DNA of 63,765 nt, filler included, from Phoronis australis (lineage: Eukaryota; Animalia; Phoronida): the NCBI GenBank assembly GCA_002633005.1. It is 4 parts of 4 records of this genome, joined end to end, with 100 filler letters (N's around TTAATTAATTAA, not from the genome) between each part and the next. Parts side by side here need not be neighbours in the genome. Positions count along the whole stretch, not along the records: positions 27,999 to 54,994 come from NMRA01001322.1; positions 55,095 to 60,838 come from NMRA01002281.1; positions 60,939 to 63,765 come from NMRA01003398.1; 1 more part is not named here. One strand, written 5' to 3'. Under the pieces are notes generated by a model. That model was not told the DNA's origin, did no database searches, and saw only the letters and a list, made by a program, of their open reading frames with translations. Position 1 is the first letter of the stretch; each line of letters starts with the position of its first letter. Positions 51,706-63,765 of this stretch are shown piece after piece. A program made the translations under genes and the position numbers.

Positions 51706-52841
51706 AGACTTTATACTTCTGCTTCAGACCCTCTACCCTTACACAATCTGCCTCAAATTGATCACTACTCTTATAAGAGATAGTTTGTGGGCTTGGAAAA
51801 TGCTAAATATAGACCAGGGGCCCGTTCCAACAAAATTGACTTAGCTAAGGCAAATCTAAGATTTTTGTAAATTTTAAATTAAAAACTAAATTTGTCTCAA
51901 AACCAATCCAAGAAAGAAACCTTAAGTTTGACTTAAGTGTTTGACATAAGTTTTATAGAATGTGGAAATTTCAAAGTGGGAAAGTTAGGACAAATCTTAA
52001 ACTTAAGTCAATAATGAACTTAAGTCAGTTTTTTGGAACAGGCCAAAGTATTAAAGCTGTAGGTGTTTAGAACAGGAACAAAAAGTCTGGTACTACAGCT
52101 TTAAGAGATTAAGAGTGATTCCATATAAAAACCAACTGGTAGAGTATATACCCAAAATTACAGATTATTTTGAGACTTAGCACATGATTTTGGTTTGGTG
52201 AGATATAAAAAAATTCGCTTTTTAAGAATTCCCGTCCGTTATTTCTCTTTTTATGTCACGTACATCCATTTTACAACAAGATTGGGCGCCGAAGTAGACA
52301 CATTTGAATGCATTTTACTGGCATATATAGCTAACTGATAACAAATAAGTTACACTTTTAAAGGACTATGATTGAATAATTCAGTGGCATATCTTTCAAA
52401 ATTAACTTTCAAATATGTATGCTTTGATTTTGTGTGACAATAACGGCTATTCTGCAGGTTTTCAAGGAAGCCATGTTCGGCCAACTTTGGCATTCTGTAC
52501 CAGCCATATTGCACCTTTTCAAATACTGACCCTGTAATTATTTGTTTAGCAATTCCTAGCCTCTTCATAATCTAAAATAAAAAATCTTGGTTTTTATATG
52601 GAATGCCTCGTAATACCGGTATTACAACTGTAGGTGATTAAAACATGAAGTTTATTTAATGGAAAGTGGGTTTGGAACAGCTTCTATGGGTCAAAAATTA
52701 GATTTTTCAACACGCGTGTTCGACATCATTTAGCGGAAGATCTCCAATTATTCCGGAGCTTCTTTGAGATACGTCCTAAAAAATTAACCGCTAATTGTCC
52801 ACATATATAGATCAGCCAAACCATTTTGTAGCTATTCCCAC

Positions 52842-53043
52842 CTTGCCATCCCCACACACTGTGCCATCTGGTGCCATGCCTCGGTCGAACTTTATAAGAT
52901 CGCTATAGTAAAACACAGTCTTTGTGCACTGGGCTTGGGAAGTAGCGCTTTGGTGGTAACTGGTGTTATGGAGACCGTCGTCCGACCACGTGAAATTTGT
53001 TGTATTACCCAAGTAACAGTGGAGCCGACCACAGCCAACATTG
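52842..53043 (-). CDS. ADAM-like gene exon: cysteine-rich domain, second half (module 1)
   Basis: catag|NVGCGRLHCYLGNTTNFTWSDDGLHNTSYHQSATSQAQCTKTVFYYSDLIKFDRGMAPDGTVCGDGK|gtggga, homologous to 39639-39828. Phase 2-0. Confidence 0.85.
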
Positions 53044-53754
53044 CTATGAATAACACACCACGCAGTGTCTGTTATAATGGTGTAATACTGTTAGACATCG
53101 TTGGGCTATTACATCATGGTAATAGATGATGACATGTGTCAAAACAACCCAGAATTCAAGGCGAGAAGAACGAGATTTCACTGGAAGAGTCAACTCAAGT
53201 TTATCGAACAGATGGGGATAATTTAGGGGCTAAAACATTTTTAATGGTTTTGGCTTCAAAACGTCGAGAAAGGACGGGCTGATTAAAAACGTGACCAGTT
53301 GAAGTAACCCCTTGGTTGATCAAGTTAAATCAAAGAAATATTTTTTTTTCAAAATGCCTGAATTACCTCTAAAATTCACCGGTTGCTTACCATTTTGTTA
53401 AACCCTATTAGATTTTTTCATGCTCCCTAATGCTGCAAAATAAGCCATTGACTGAGAGGATTTTAGTTCTTGTTTTTGTATCATTTGTTAACTCAAACAA
53501 ACCGGACTTTATGTAATTTCAGTGTTGTGATTTATAAAAAGTCACAAATGACTTGGAAACTCGCTTAGCAATTACGTTTTGCGTGTGATGAAATCTATTT
53601 CTGAGTGAAGTCCTAAGTTAGCTCTTATGTAAAATTTTAAATACTAGAAAAGACGCTGTGCTTCATATCCACGTTTCAATATTACTCGATATCATCCTGA
53701 GGATTATAGCCACTACAAAACTGTGATGTTATACAATTGCTTATTTTTCTCGCC

Positions 53755-53903
53755 TATATATATATATATATATATATATAGGTTATCCCACATACATAGG
53801 AATACAACTGCCATATCCTATCAATAATTTATTTCATCTGGGATTGTCCCAACGTGACCGAAGGTCGAGTCGCAGCAGTATACCTATGTTTGTGAGGTAA
53901 CCT
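53755..53903. repeat. (TA)n followed by a hairpin TAGGTTATCCCACATACATAGG...CCTATGTTTGTGAGGTAACCTA
   Basis: Inverted repeat arms read directly. Confidence 0.6.
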
Positions 53904-55200
53904 ATTTATCCCATATATTTGGACTTATTTGCATCATCGTGGCAATACCTTGTTGCCGTGTGATCCGGCTTGATGTTGTATGACGTCATATGTATGCCAA
54001 GTACGGTACCAAAACTAAGACAATCTGTGAGTGTTGAATAACCAGTAAAGTTTTATTTCGTAATAAATTCATCGGAATTTTTAAATTCTGAAATATACAA
54101 GTTAAAGCATTGAAACATTCAATTAAACAATAGTTTGTCGGAAACTTAGAAACAATCCATCCGGGAATACGAAAATTGAAACATTCCCTGAACCACAGAC
54201 AATAGTACATAGACCGAATGGACGAAATCTGTGCTGTTTCGCACAAGCCGTTACGTCATTATTCACTAGCGTCACCTGGCCAAATTATCTGGTGATATTT
54301 CCGGCCAGTACGTACGTCTGCTAGTCATGATCAGTTGCTGTGTGGCCGGGTGGCAAACGCGACCCAGTCGCAAAATAACCTTTTTTATTCTCGCGGCATC
54401 TAGCGCCCAGATAGCGTATTACCGGATGTAGCTCTTTGACCTCTTTCTGATTCCGCATTTGGTGGTGCAGAAAGAGAGAGCGATTGAAAGCGAATATAAA
54501 ATCGATATTTACCTGCTTTGTTTCTTCTATTACAAAATTACTGATTCCTTCTAATTGTTAACGTGTTCAAGATTACAGTTGTAAAGGCCTACTACATAGT
54601 AGTGCACAATTTGTCATTTATCATTAGTTTGCAGCTTCGTGTTTAAAGGTCTAGAATAGACAATTGTTTTGTAACCTGGCTTAGACTTAGTAACAGATCG
54701 TTAGGTATTAGGCCTAATTTTCATATTATTCAAGTGTTCCAGTAACTCATAAATTTGGTCGTAGATTTCCAGACCTGCAATAAATCATCAAATGAGAATG
54801 AGGATGAGTCCATAGCATTATTACATTTCAATTGAAGTGTTTCTCTGGAACAAATTGCCTGCATCAATAAGATGTTACAATGTGCCAGAACCGTTTCGAT
54901 GTTGTGTCATGTCTTTTACATCGCGTTGGCAATTGTAGTTATAGCCGAGTTTACCCAACCTCAGAGTATCGAACCGCAACTCTGATAAATACCCNNNNNN
55001 NNNNNNNNNNNNNNNNNNNNNNNNNNNNNNNNNNNNNNTTAATTAATTAANNNNNNNNNNNNNNNNNNNNNNNNNNNNNNNNNNNNNNNNNNNNTGGCGC
55101 ATTTATTACGAAAGAACACTTCCGCCAGCACAGTTTACGCGCACAGTGAGATTATACATGTATATGCGTTTCCGTCACCCAGCAAGCTCAAATGTGGAAT

Positions 55201-56867
55201 TGACCTATCGCCAGGATTACGACTGACGGCTTAACTGACCAATCAGAACGCAGCATTCGTGACACCCCTTCGTCTTCGTTTCCAAGTCGCCATTTTACCC
55301 AACAAACAATACGTTGTCATGTAAAACTTATTTCAGCCTATAGCTCAAGAAATTTCGTGATAAGAATGGTGATACGGTGTTGATATGGCGTGTGTAATTC
55401 CGAAAGCCGTCATGCAGCTCGAGAAGAATATCCCGTCATTTTTGGCCATCTCCTAAGCAGAAAAGTGATGTTGAAAGGTTTAAACTATGGATCAAATTGT
55501 GTGAACGTCCACGCACACGAGTAGCTGAACTTGGCAATGTTGCTTGATTACTAGAAGGTTAAACACAAATATATTTGCTCCAATTATACACATTCGTTCA
55601 GTTTGGTGACTATAGTGTAGGCTTATCTGATTTTAACACCGGTGTTTCACTCGTCTGGCAGCTTTTGTCTCGACACCTGCTGGATCTCAGCACTATGTCT
55701 ATAATCTAGCGCCAGTCCCTGGAAATTGTTTTTATGTTTTTACTATTTTTCAGTCATTTCGACCTGTTTCGTAGCAGAGGAAAATTTTTTGTCATTTACA
55801 TACCCGTAAGCTGGCGTTCAACTGAACTTTTTTGCCAAAATTGAGAGATTCGATCGGCACAGGGAGGGGCACTGGATTACTGAACTCAAAGCCCTGTTTG
55901 AGCTGTTGTCACGAAAAAAATAAACAGTTGAATTACTTTTTGATGAGAACCTCTAGTATACACTTCGCCTGTAGACATACAGAGGACTCATTTTGAAGTT
56001 GTTAAAACGTGATATTTAGATTTATGAAGCTTTAAAAAATGAAATTGGGTTATTTTTGTAAATACCCATTTTTGCCACTATACCAGACTTGTCATGTAAC
56101 CATACCACAGTTTAATGACCATGCTACGTTTAAAAACAACTGCAAGCTACCTTTATGCATTGAAACTACAAAAAATGCGAAGTTCGTCAGAAGGTAAGCC
56201 AAATTTAAATGTCTTAATGGTGCAATTACGTGCATTAATTTGACTTGGACACAGCCCTGGACATGCCGGAGCTAACTGCTTGTCTTACACAAGATGAGTG
56301 TGTACTTGAACTGTAAACCAACCAAATGTTTTTTAATCGAAATATTTCGTTCGAAAATTAGAAAAGCGTAAACAGTGCTATCGACTACTTTAGTCGGGAA
56401 GTCCCACGGGCAGTTATGGCCTACTTTACATTTGACAGAATAAATATATCGGTGAATCTTCACCGATTTTGTTCGAAAGATCCTGAAATCTATGGCATCG
56501 TCCGGATAATTCGACTTTAAGGTACATATCCAACTATACCTGAACATATCGCATCAGTGGCCTTGTCATTTTTCAGGTGAAGGTGAACCTCGTGTGGGGT
56601 TCTTCTATTTCCGCTGGCTTCGAAATACTTTTCCTCGAACACTTATTCTTTCATCGTCACCTTTGCAAATTCCCACATTATGAACGTAGGATTCTCTGCT
56701 TAAAAGCATCGCCTAAGGTCTTTGTAGATGTGCTTTCGGTTAGAACAAAAAACACTCATCGATTTCCTCAGGAGCGTCGTTTAGCGACAGTGTATTTGCC
56801 TCTGACATCTTGTTGGTTTGTCGGGTGTCACGTGACGTTTAGCAAGGGGGGACCTTGCGATACGTCA
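55201..56867. mobile_element. Second, internally deleted ISL2EU-type element (THAP stub on +, SWIM/YqaJ-partner stub on -)
   Basis: Termini AT|TGACCTATCGC ... GCGATACGTCA|AT. On + 55366-55585: MVIRC*YGVCNSESRH...IFWPSPKQK..ERFKLWIKLCERP...KHKYICS (THAP). On - 56808-~56220: ESYVHNV...VRGKVFRSQRK..HEVHL, similar to SYFHEIE/VRCKCYRRMKK of the first element. Confidence 0.7.
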
Positions 56868-58505
56868 ATTAAAAGTAAACGAGGTTTAATGTCACGAGGG
56901 TAAAATTCTCTGTCATTGTTGGAAGTGCCAGGCTGTGACTCGACGTCACTTCTGTGACCAGTCATGAGCCAGAAGAGGTCTAATCCGTCTAGTCTTGCCA
57001 TGGTACATACTAATCTATATTCGACGTTGCTGGGAAAGGTTATGTGCGGTATGCATGCAACATTAGAAAAGGTTGGACCATTACGCACGCGCAACAATCG
57101 CATGTTGAACAAATGCCATTGTACCGAAATTTATACGCTATGAAAAATAAGACGCAAAATTTCAATAAAAACGACATCTTTAATTCAGTAAAATTTATCT
57201 GTCATTTTCTCTTACTTGTAAATCATCGATCTCCAGTTTGAATGCGAGTAATGGATGCTTTGATTTGGACATTAAACTCAGTAACCAGTGGTAACCTGCT
57301 TTAGCAGACCATATTTTCACGGTAGAAGCTTAGCATGATAAGATGCGAAGTATGATAGAGTAGTTGCTTAAAATGAAGAATATTTTACAGATTCATGTTA
57401 GTTCTATTTTGTTTCAATTTTGATTTGGTTTGAAGTAAAAGCATCATTTTAACAAAAAACAACTCAGCGTTTCTTCAAAGGTCACGACCTCAGGTCTCTG
57501 ACATAGAAAGTAGTTAGGCCTACAAAAGCCGAGGCGAGTCGGGAAAGATAGATCGATTCTTTGCAATATTTCTTGTTCAATATATGGTATAAATAGGTTA
57601 TTACATGTTCTCAGTCGTTATCCTCCTCGTGGATTTCGGAGAATTATTGCACTCAGGGTTAACGCCCCTCGGGTGATAATTCTCCAAAATCCACTCGGGC
57701 TCTATATTATGAATTCAAACTTGACGAATTCATTGTCGTGTTTTGCTGAAAATGATCACACAAGATTTAAATTCCAATGCATTGCTTTCCGCGAATCGCT
57801 GGAAAGTGACAGAAATTTGGTGGTCAAATAGAAATTTAGTGAATTTTGAAACTTGACATTTTTCAATAGTGTAAATTTAATGAAACTGCTTCAACAGCAC
57901 ACGTGTAAAATACGCCAGTACGCAAACTGGTAGGCAATACATCGCATGTGGATGCCCTAGGCATGATGCCGTAGGTAGACAGGCGATGGTCCTGTAACGG
58001 AACGGCTCAACTTATTTCCTGTTTGATTAATTAAATACATTGTAGATGGAAACAGTCATCTGTAAATAACGAATTAGTGGTTCGGAGTAAAGACGCCACT
58101 GTAGTTTAAACATTTATTCACTGGTCTCGTATATTGATACCAATAAGACCAATTTCACAGCAAATCTACAATACATAATTAATAACCACTGCAAAACTGT
58201 CTCCCTTTCAGTTTGTTTTCATCAATATGTAAATTACAGGACACCTGGTGAAAACAGCTGTGACCATGATCATAAAAAACGTGACTGTGAATGGAAGATT
58301 TTTTACATGTGGCCACGTAAATTGCTTTGTAGTAGGATTGAATTTAAAACTTAAGTGTAATAGTTAAGGATAGAGAAACATCAAAAACGGCGAAGTTTTC
58401 AATATATTTTTTTCCTCAAAAGTTGTCGCCAGCTCTTGTCGATAACCATATATCCGTTGCAAAATTACCTTTGAGGATTACCAACGCTGCCCTCTAGGGA
58501 TCAAT

Positions 58506-59457
58506 ACCTCACTTGCGAGTTTCTCGTTAGTCAATGTGACGTCACCGGAAAAGGGGCAAAACCCGCCATATTGGTCTTGTTTGGCCCCGAGTCTGTGCTA
58601 CACACGCTAAATTTTACTGGAGTTCTCATGGTGAATTTTACGCTTAAAACGTTATCACAACTTAAAAGATTGTAGATGGATCGTGGAATAACTGTGAATG
58701 GACGAAGAAAATGTGAACTTGTTATGTTGCGCGAAGCTGTGAACGGACTGAAATTGGAACTCAACCCGGTCTAGGCCGAATGCCGCAAGCATACAGGAGC
58801 GATAGTTTATCCCCATAAGAACTTACTCACTTCAAAATACAGCAAATATAATCAAATGAAACATGCATATGCGCACATGGAGTTATAATTAATTAACACA
58901 TACCCTGACTCTGGATACAATTTAGTCTACAAATAACTTGAACCTANACCTGACCAGTTGAACTACTTTGCGGTTATCGCGCGCGCGGTTGAAGTTAACA
59001 GTAACCATAATGTGGAGTTGGAATTCTTCGCCAAAGTCACCTGAATTCCCGTAGCTATGCTTCATCGAAGATATGTTTAGAAGCAGAAAGGACCACTGGA
59101 GAAAGTAAGCGTCTTTTTCGGTGACAATTTTAGATGTAGAATGTATTTTTGATGTGGTGAAAACTTAATCAGTGAGCGGATTTCGCCTATCGCCCGTTTA
59201 AAATACACGAAACGAAATTAGTACAAAACGCGATAGAACGTATTGTAGTGCGAATCTGAATTTCATTTTCCATAACAGCAATGCTTGTTTGGCATTTTTC
59301 GAACTTAACGGCCAAAAAGTGGAAGAAAATAACAGAACACACTCTGCTAACGTATTGGGCAAATGAGCCAAACGACAAGCTTTTGCCCCACTTCCCGTGA
59401 CGTCACAGTTAAGTCTCACGTAATCTCGCGTTATTGTTATAAACTCGCAAAAGGCCT
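58506..59457. mobile_element. Non-autonomous TIR element with AT flanks
   Basis: Inverted subterminal blocks TTGCGAGTTT...GTGACGTCACCGGAAAAGGGGCAAAA versus TTTTGCCCCACTTCCCGTGACGTCAC...AAACTCGCAAAAGGCCT|AT. Confidence 0.55.
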
Positions 59458-59459
59458 AT

Positions 59460-59632
59460 TGACCTATCGCAAGCTCCGCCCCCTTACGTAAAGTCGACAA
59501 CCAAACAATGAGTTTTACCTGACCACGTGTTGTTTATCTAGTAAAATGGGGGCTTAGAAACGAAAGAGTGCCAAGAATGCTGCGTTCTGATTGGTCAGCT
59601 ACGCCGTCACTCAAAATCCTGGCGATAGGTCT
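59460..59632. mobile_element. 173-bp MITE of the 55201-56867 family, in inverted orientation
   Basis: TGACCTATCGCAAG ... CCTGGCGATAGGTCT. The right ~60 bp is the reverse complement of 55202-55258, and the left end matches the right TIR of that element. Confidence 0.75.
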
Positions 59633-59855
59633 AACTTGTAGGCTCTGTTCGTTTACCCACATTCATATCTATGAAGAGCACATCCGACAGAAAACGGATT
59701 AGTTTGTTATAGTACGCTTAGCTACACCCACGTGTGCGAAACACTTCGTGAGTTTGTGGTTTTGGAATTTTTCAAGCACATGTTGCTGACGGCCAAAAAC
59801 AAACTACTGACGGTGTTCCTTCATCCTCCGTTCACCAAGCTTTGATTATACTTAC

Positions 59856-60122
59856 TTGATGGAGGGGATGGGTCTCGACAATTCCGCACATTTGCTTTCC
59901 AGTCGCACCAACAGTTTTTCGTAGAGAAGATTTGACCCACGGGGCAGGCTTTAAAGCGTGGTGCTATATTTCGATTTCCCACGGCCTCGTGGAAAAATAT
60001 CTTACATCCGTGTCCCGTCGTAATCGTGTATCTGTTTACGTCATTGTTTATCCAGGGGTAAACTTTCTCGCAACAAATAGGGTCCAGACCGTCTCCTGGG
60101 TCGGTGCAATTACTTGACAGCA
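59856..60122 (-). CDS. Exon encoding a chitin-binding type-2 (CBM14/peritrophin-A-like) domain
   Basis: ttcag|..LSSNCTDPGDGLDPICCEKVYPW...GHGCKIFFHEAVG...FKACPVGQIFSTKNCWCDWKANVRNCRDPSPPS|gtaagt carries the CP.G..F......CDW...V.C signature. 267 nt, phase 1-1. Confidence 0.75.
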
Positions 60123-60416
60123 CTGAAACAACTGAAAAGTAAAAGAATATATCTTAATGTCAGTCTGTACAATTGATTGACTTCGCCTGTTCCGCCGACT
60201 GAGGCATCTGATTGGTTTTGGATGACAACGCCCTGGTTGCACTTTTTGTGTTTTTAGACCATGTTCAATGATTTTATAGCATAAAATATATATAGATTAT
60301 TACATGGCGAAGTCGTTATCCCCCGTTATCTAGAGTCCGAGTGGATTTTGGAGAATTATCGCCCGAGGGTGATAATTCTCCAAATTCTATTTCCACTTTT
60401 GATGACGTCAGTTGCT

Positions 60417-60482
60417 GCGTGGTGTAGTGGTAAGGTCGGCGACCAGCAATATTAGGGTCCCGGGTTCGACCCCGTCCTCGGT
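60417..60482 (+). pseudogene. tRNA-like / SINE head fragment
   Basis: A-box TGGTGTAGTGGT and B-box GGTTCGACCCC with a CCGGG/CCCG T-arm. The acceptor stem is not intact. Confidence 0.5.
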
Positions 60483-63400
60483 TTCCCGCCAAAGCCTTAT
60501 CTCACTAGTTAGATAACTTTATGGGTTATTACACGGTTGTATTTGCCATTTGACGATAATATTGTGGTATAATATCTTATTATATTATTATATTTATTGT
60601 GATCGGGACATCTTGATTTCATGTAAAGTAGCGATAGATGTAACAAGAAACGTTCTAAAGAACTGTCAATCAAAGTAAGACTTCACCACCAATAAAATTT
60701 ATGAATATTCAATTCAAACTTTATCTAAACTTGTCGTCAGAAATCGATATTTTCCACTTAATTACAGCTTTTCGTAATTTTATTAATTACTCGCCCGCTA
60801 CTCCGGAAGTGACGTTTTAGGAGGCAAGCGTTTCCCGCNNNNNNNNNNNNNNNNNNNNNNNNNNNNNNNNNNNNNNNNNNNNTTAATTAATTAANNNNNN
60901 NNNNNNNNNNNNNNNNNNNNNNNNNNNNNNNNNNNNNNTGAAACCACACACAAAGTATTTTTTTCGGCATTGCAACTGCAGACACCTGCGCAGACGACAG
61001 TTTCCTCACATGCCGTAAGACAGTCAAATGTCGTTAAGTTTTATTAATATGCGCTAGCGAGTTATCGCTACTATTATTGAGTCATATACATAAATAATTT
61101 TGTCATTGATTGTAACGATAGAGTGTCAAAATGTGTTGACCTGCAAATGATTGCAATTTGATTTTATAAATTGAGCGAACTGGTTTGAGGCGCCCCCCGT
61201 ATGAAACGAAGCATCCGGAACCTGGCCTGCATTCAAAATGCTCAGACCTAGGCTAAGACCTAGCTAAAATTTAAAACTTTGCGAGATTACGTGAGATACT
61301 GCCGTGTATTTTAAATGAGAACACGTGACTTTGGCTAGAACTATTCGAATGCACGTGTAAGTGGCTTGGATCGCGTCCAGTCAGCTCCTGCATAATCTAA
61401 ACACCTTGCTGCATATTACCAACACTGGTGGCTAAATAAGTGAGTTATCACTGCAACAAATATTTTCTGGTCGTTCAAAATTATTATAGTTTGCAAAAAT
61501 TCGTGAGCTTGTCCGGACCAACAAATTGGTTGTCCCGGGCAGTCGGACTATCGTCAATGTCGAGCCCTGGGTGATTAGTGCAATGGGCCCACATGCGCGG
61601 CCTGCGCACATCTGGGATTGTTTATTTTTATTGTGAATTTGGGGTCTAGTCATTGTGATATTGGTAGTGGTTTGGAAAGACCTGACAGTTCATTATTGCT
61701 TGAGACCAGGCTCTGCAAGTTGACTTGTCGTACTGTCAAATCTTTACAAGATTTAAATCACTTCTCGTCTGAACGAGGACCAAGTAGAGACCATTATGTA
61801 GCAGTAATTAGTCTAGGTCTAAGAAAATAGTTTCTTCTACTGAAGGCAGGTTCCTTAATCCCTTTAGAAGCAATTCTCAGAGTGTTGTAATAACCAACCC
61901 TGATGGGTTGTTACCTGTCGTGGCGAGATAGAACTTTTTGGTTCTTTTCAGCATGTACGTCACGCGTTCCCTGGAGATACTAATCATTAGCTCAGTGCAA
62001 GTGAAAAACACCGGAAATGTGCCTGTGTACTTATGCAGCATTGTATGTCTTGCACATTATTTAAAATTTATGACCTGGCGAAATGTCAATTAATTTTTTT
62101 TCTGTACTACGATGAGGTGAGTGTAACCAGCTGGCGGAACATTAGTCAGTGCTGCCTTAAAAGTTTTTGAATTGATCTTTATTGTAATTGTCATTTATTT
62201 ATTTTAATTCTCAGGCACATCAATGAAGACAAGCGTAAAACAGACGCTCAAGTGGTCATGTTTGACATTGTTAACGATATCGACAACTGTCCAGTAAGTT
62301 GAGGCTGTGTTTCTTATTCAAACTGGTCTGTGCACGCCGATAGGGGTCGGGACAGAATTTCCAGCAATTCCCCGTCGTGGCACCTGAGCACAATAGAAGT
62401 CTTTGAGACCACGCAACATTTACGATAATAGTTGCTGTGCTGATAAGTTTTAATTGGTAATCGCTCACCAGGATGGGGGATGAAGGAAAAACTAACATTT
62501 TCTGATATTTTGGTAAGTGCTGTACTCGCACTGCAGAACGGAGGTTTTGTACTCGGTTTTGCGTACTGAATTACGAGTTACATCACGTAGCCTATATGGA
62601 ATGGCTGTTCCACAGTCCTTGTTTTGAAACTCCTTCACTCAGGGAAAATGCCTGTTGTTGTATCTGTATGGATACATTATTTAAACTCTGTTACGTATGT
62701 AAAAGTAATAGTTCCAATAAAAAATATGATAACAGAAACGATATTGATTAACGAAAATGGTTTGGTTTTCCCTTGCAGCCACATTTGCTGTCTTCCCATA
62801 GAACATTTATTAACAAAGTGGATGCCATAGAAATCTCCGATGAACTCAGTGGGAAAGGAAATCACGTGACCCTGTTCCTATTCTCTGACACGCTTGAGGT
62901 AAGAACACTGTCTACACTGGTTTGACAATGTCTTGTGTCTGCCAGAAAATCAATAAGACATTATGATGTCTTCTTCGTAAAATTTGTATGTAAGGTCTTG
63001 ACATTACATTTGATTGTGGCCTTATATCCGAATATATAGCCATATCCCTGTTTTCAGAAGCGTTTCTCACGAAACTCATTATTTTGACTTTAAAAGCGTG
63101 TTTGCCATTTTGAACTTATTAGCACATGCTGTTTCGGGTTCTATCGTTTATTGTATGTCATCATGACAAGGTTTTTAGCCAGTCACTATTTTATTAACCT
63201 TCGCAATATTGACTGTGGTCTTGGCTGATTGGCTGAAAACACAACAACAACTGGCCACGTATCTGAAGCTACGGCATGGCTTTATCTCTGCATTCGCAAA
63301 CATTCCCAGAAAATGCCTCGTTTCAAGTATGATGTCTTTATAATCGAAGCAAGGCATCTTCACGCATGCGACCAGTTTAGATTTTCAGATGTGGAGAACA

Positions 63401-63765
63401 CTGTCAAAAAGATATAGCCTTATATTTACTGCTTGTTACTGTTCGTTCTATCCAGGCACCCGATCTGTAGCAAAAGATATTAGTAAGTGAAAGTTAATGA
63501 CATCACCGTCTTTCACGCGTAATGCATGGTGATATCTTGCAAAGACTTCCTTGATCTTGTTAACTTCTTAAGAAATTAGCCGAGGAGAACTCAGTCCATA
63601 CTTCAGCTGATGTGCATTGTCATTCATCGATACAAAGTACTTGCAGCTGGAAATCTAAAGTTCTGTTTTGTTACTCAACGCGATATAAGTATTCCAACGC
63701 CAGTATTCTTTTCAAATAGTTGTGTAAAAGGCGCACGAGGTATATGAATAACTTCAAAAGTCCCG

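Noticed and set aside
45005-53043. Exon scrambling or trans-splicing to explain the C2/C3 exons lying upstream of D1
   Set aside because: Second copies of C2 and C3 exist downstream in the normal order (39828, 32780), so tandem modules are the simpler explanation.
54310-54470. Possible decayed C1 exon of module 1 ending in gtacgt
   Set aside because: The cysteine pattern is not retained and the similarity is too weak.
60417-60482. Functional tRNA gene (also 11013-11080)
   Set aside because: A and B boxes are present but a full cloverleaf could not be built.
62271-62865. Cys-containing minus-strand ORFs as further exons
   Set aside because: No recognisable domain pattern or consistent splice sites.

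Overview
Eukaryotic (metazoan, probably marine invertebrate) draft-assembly DNA: AT-rich, intron-containing, repeat-dense, with N gaps, three of which carry an artificial TTAATTAATTAA linker. Host genes: (i) two intronless paralogous class-A GPCR-like ORFs on + (3981-4901; 20636-21595) in a segmental duplication; (ii) a minus-strand multi-exon ADAM-like gene reconstructed by hand (exons from at least 53043 down to 31544). In it a first cysteine-rich module appears to splice directly into a second disintegrin/cysteine-rich/EGF module, i.e. tandem D/C modules. A symmetric phase-1 chitin-binding (CBM14) exon lies further upstream on the same strand. The ADAM-like introns and intergenic DNA are packed with decayed transposons: an ISL2EU-type element (THAP/DDE transposase plus convergent SWIM-YqaJ exonuclease), a second internally deleted ISL2EU-type element with MITE relatives, an Academ (XPG-type) element with long TIRs, Kolobok-like TTAA elements, Ngaro/DIRS retroelement remnants (gag, SGNH hydrolase), MITEs, tRNA-like SINE heads and satellites. 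All calls come from reading the sequence and recalling family motifs; no database searches were run.
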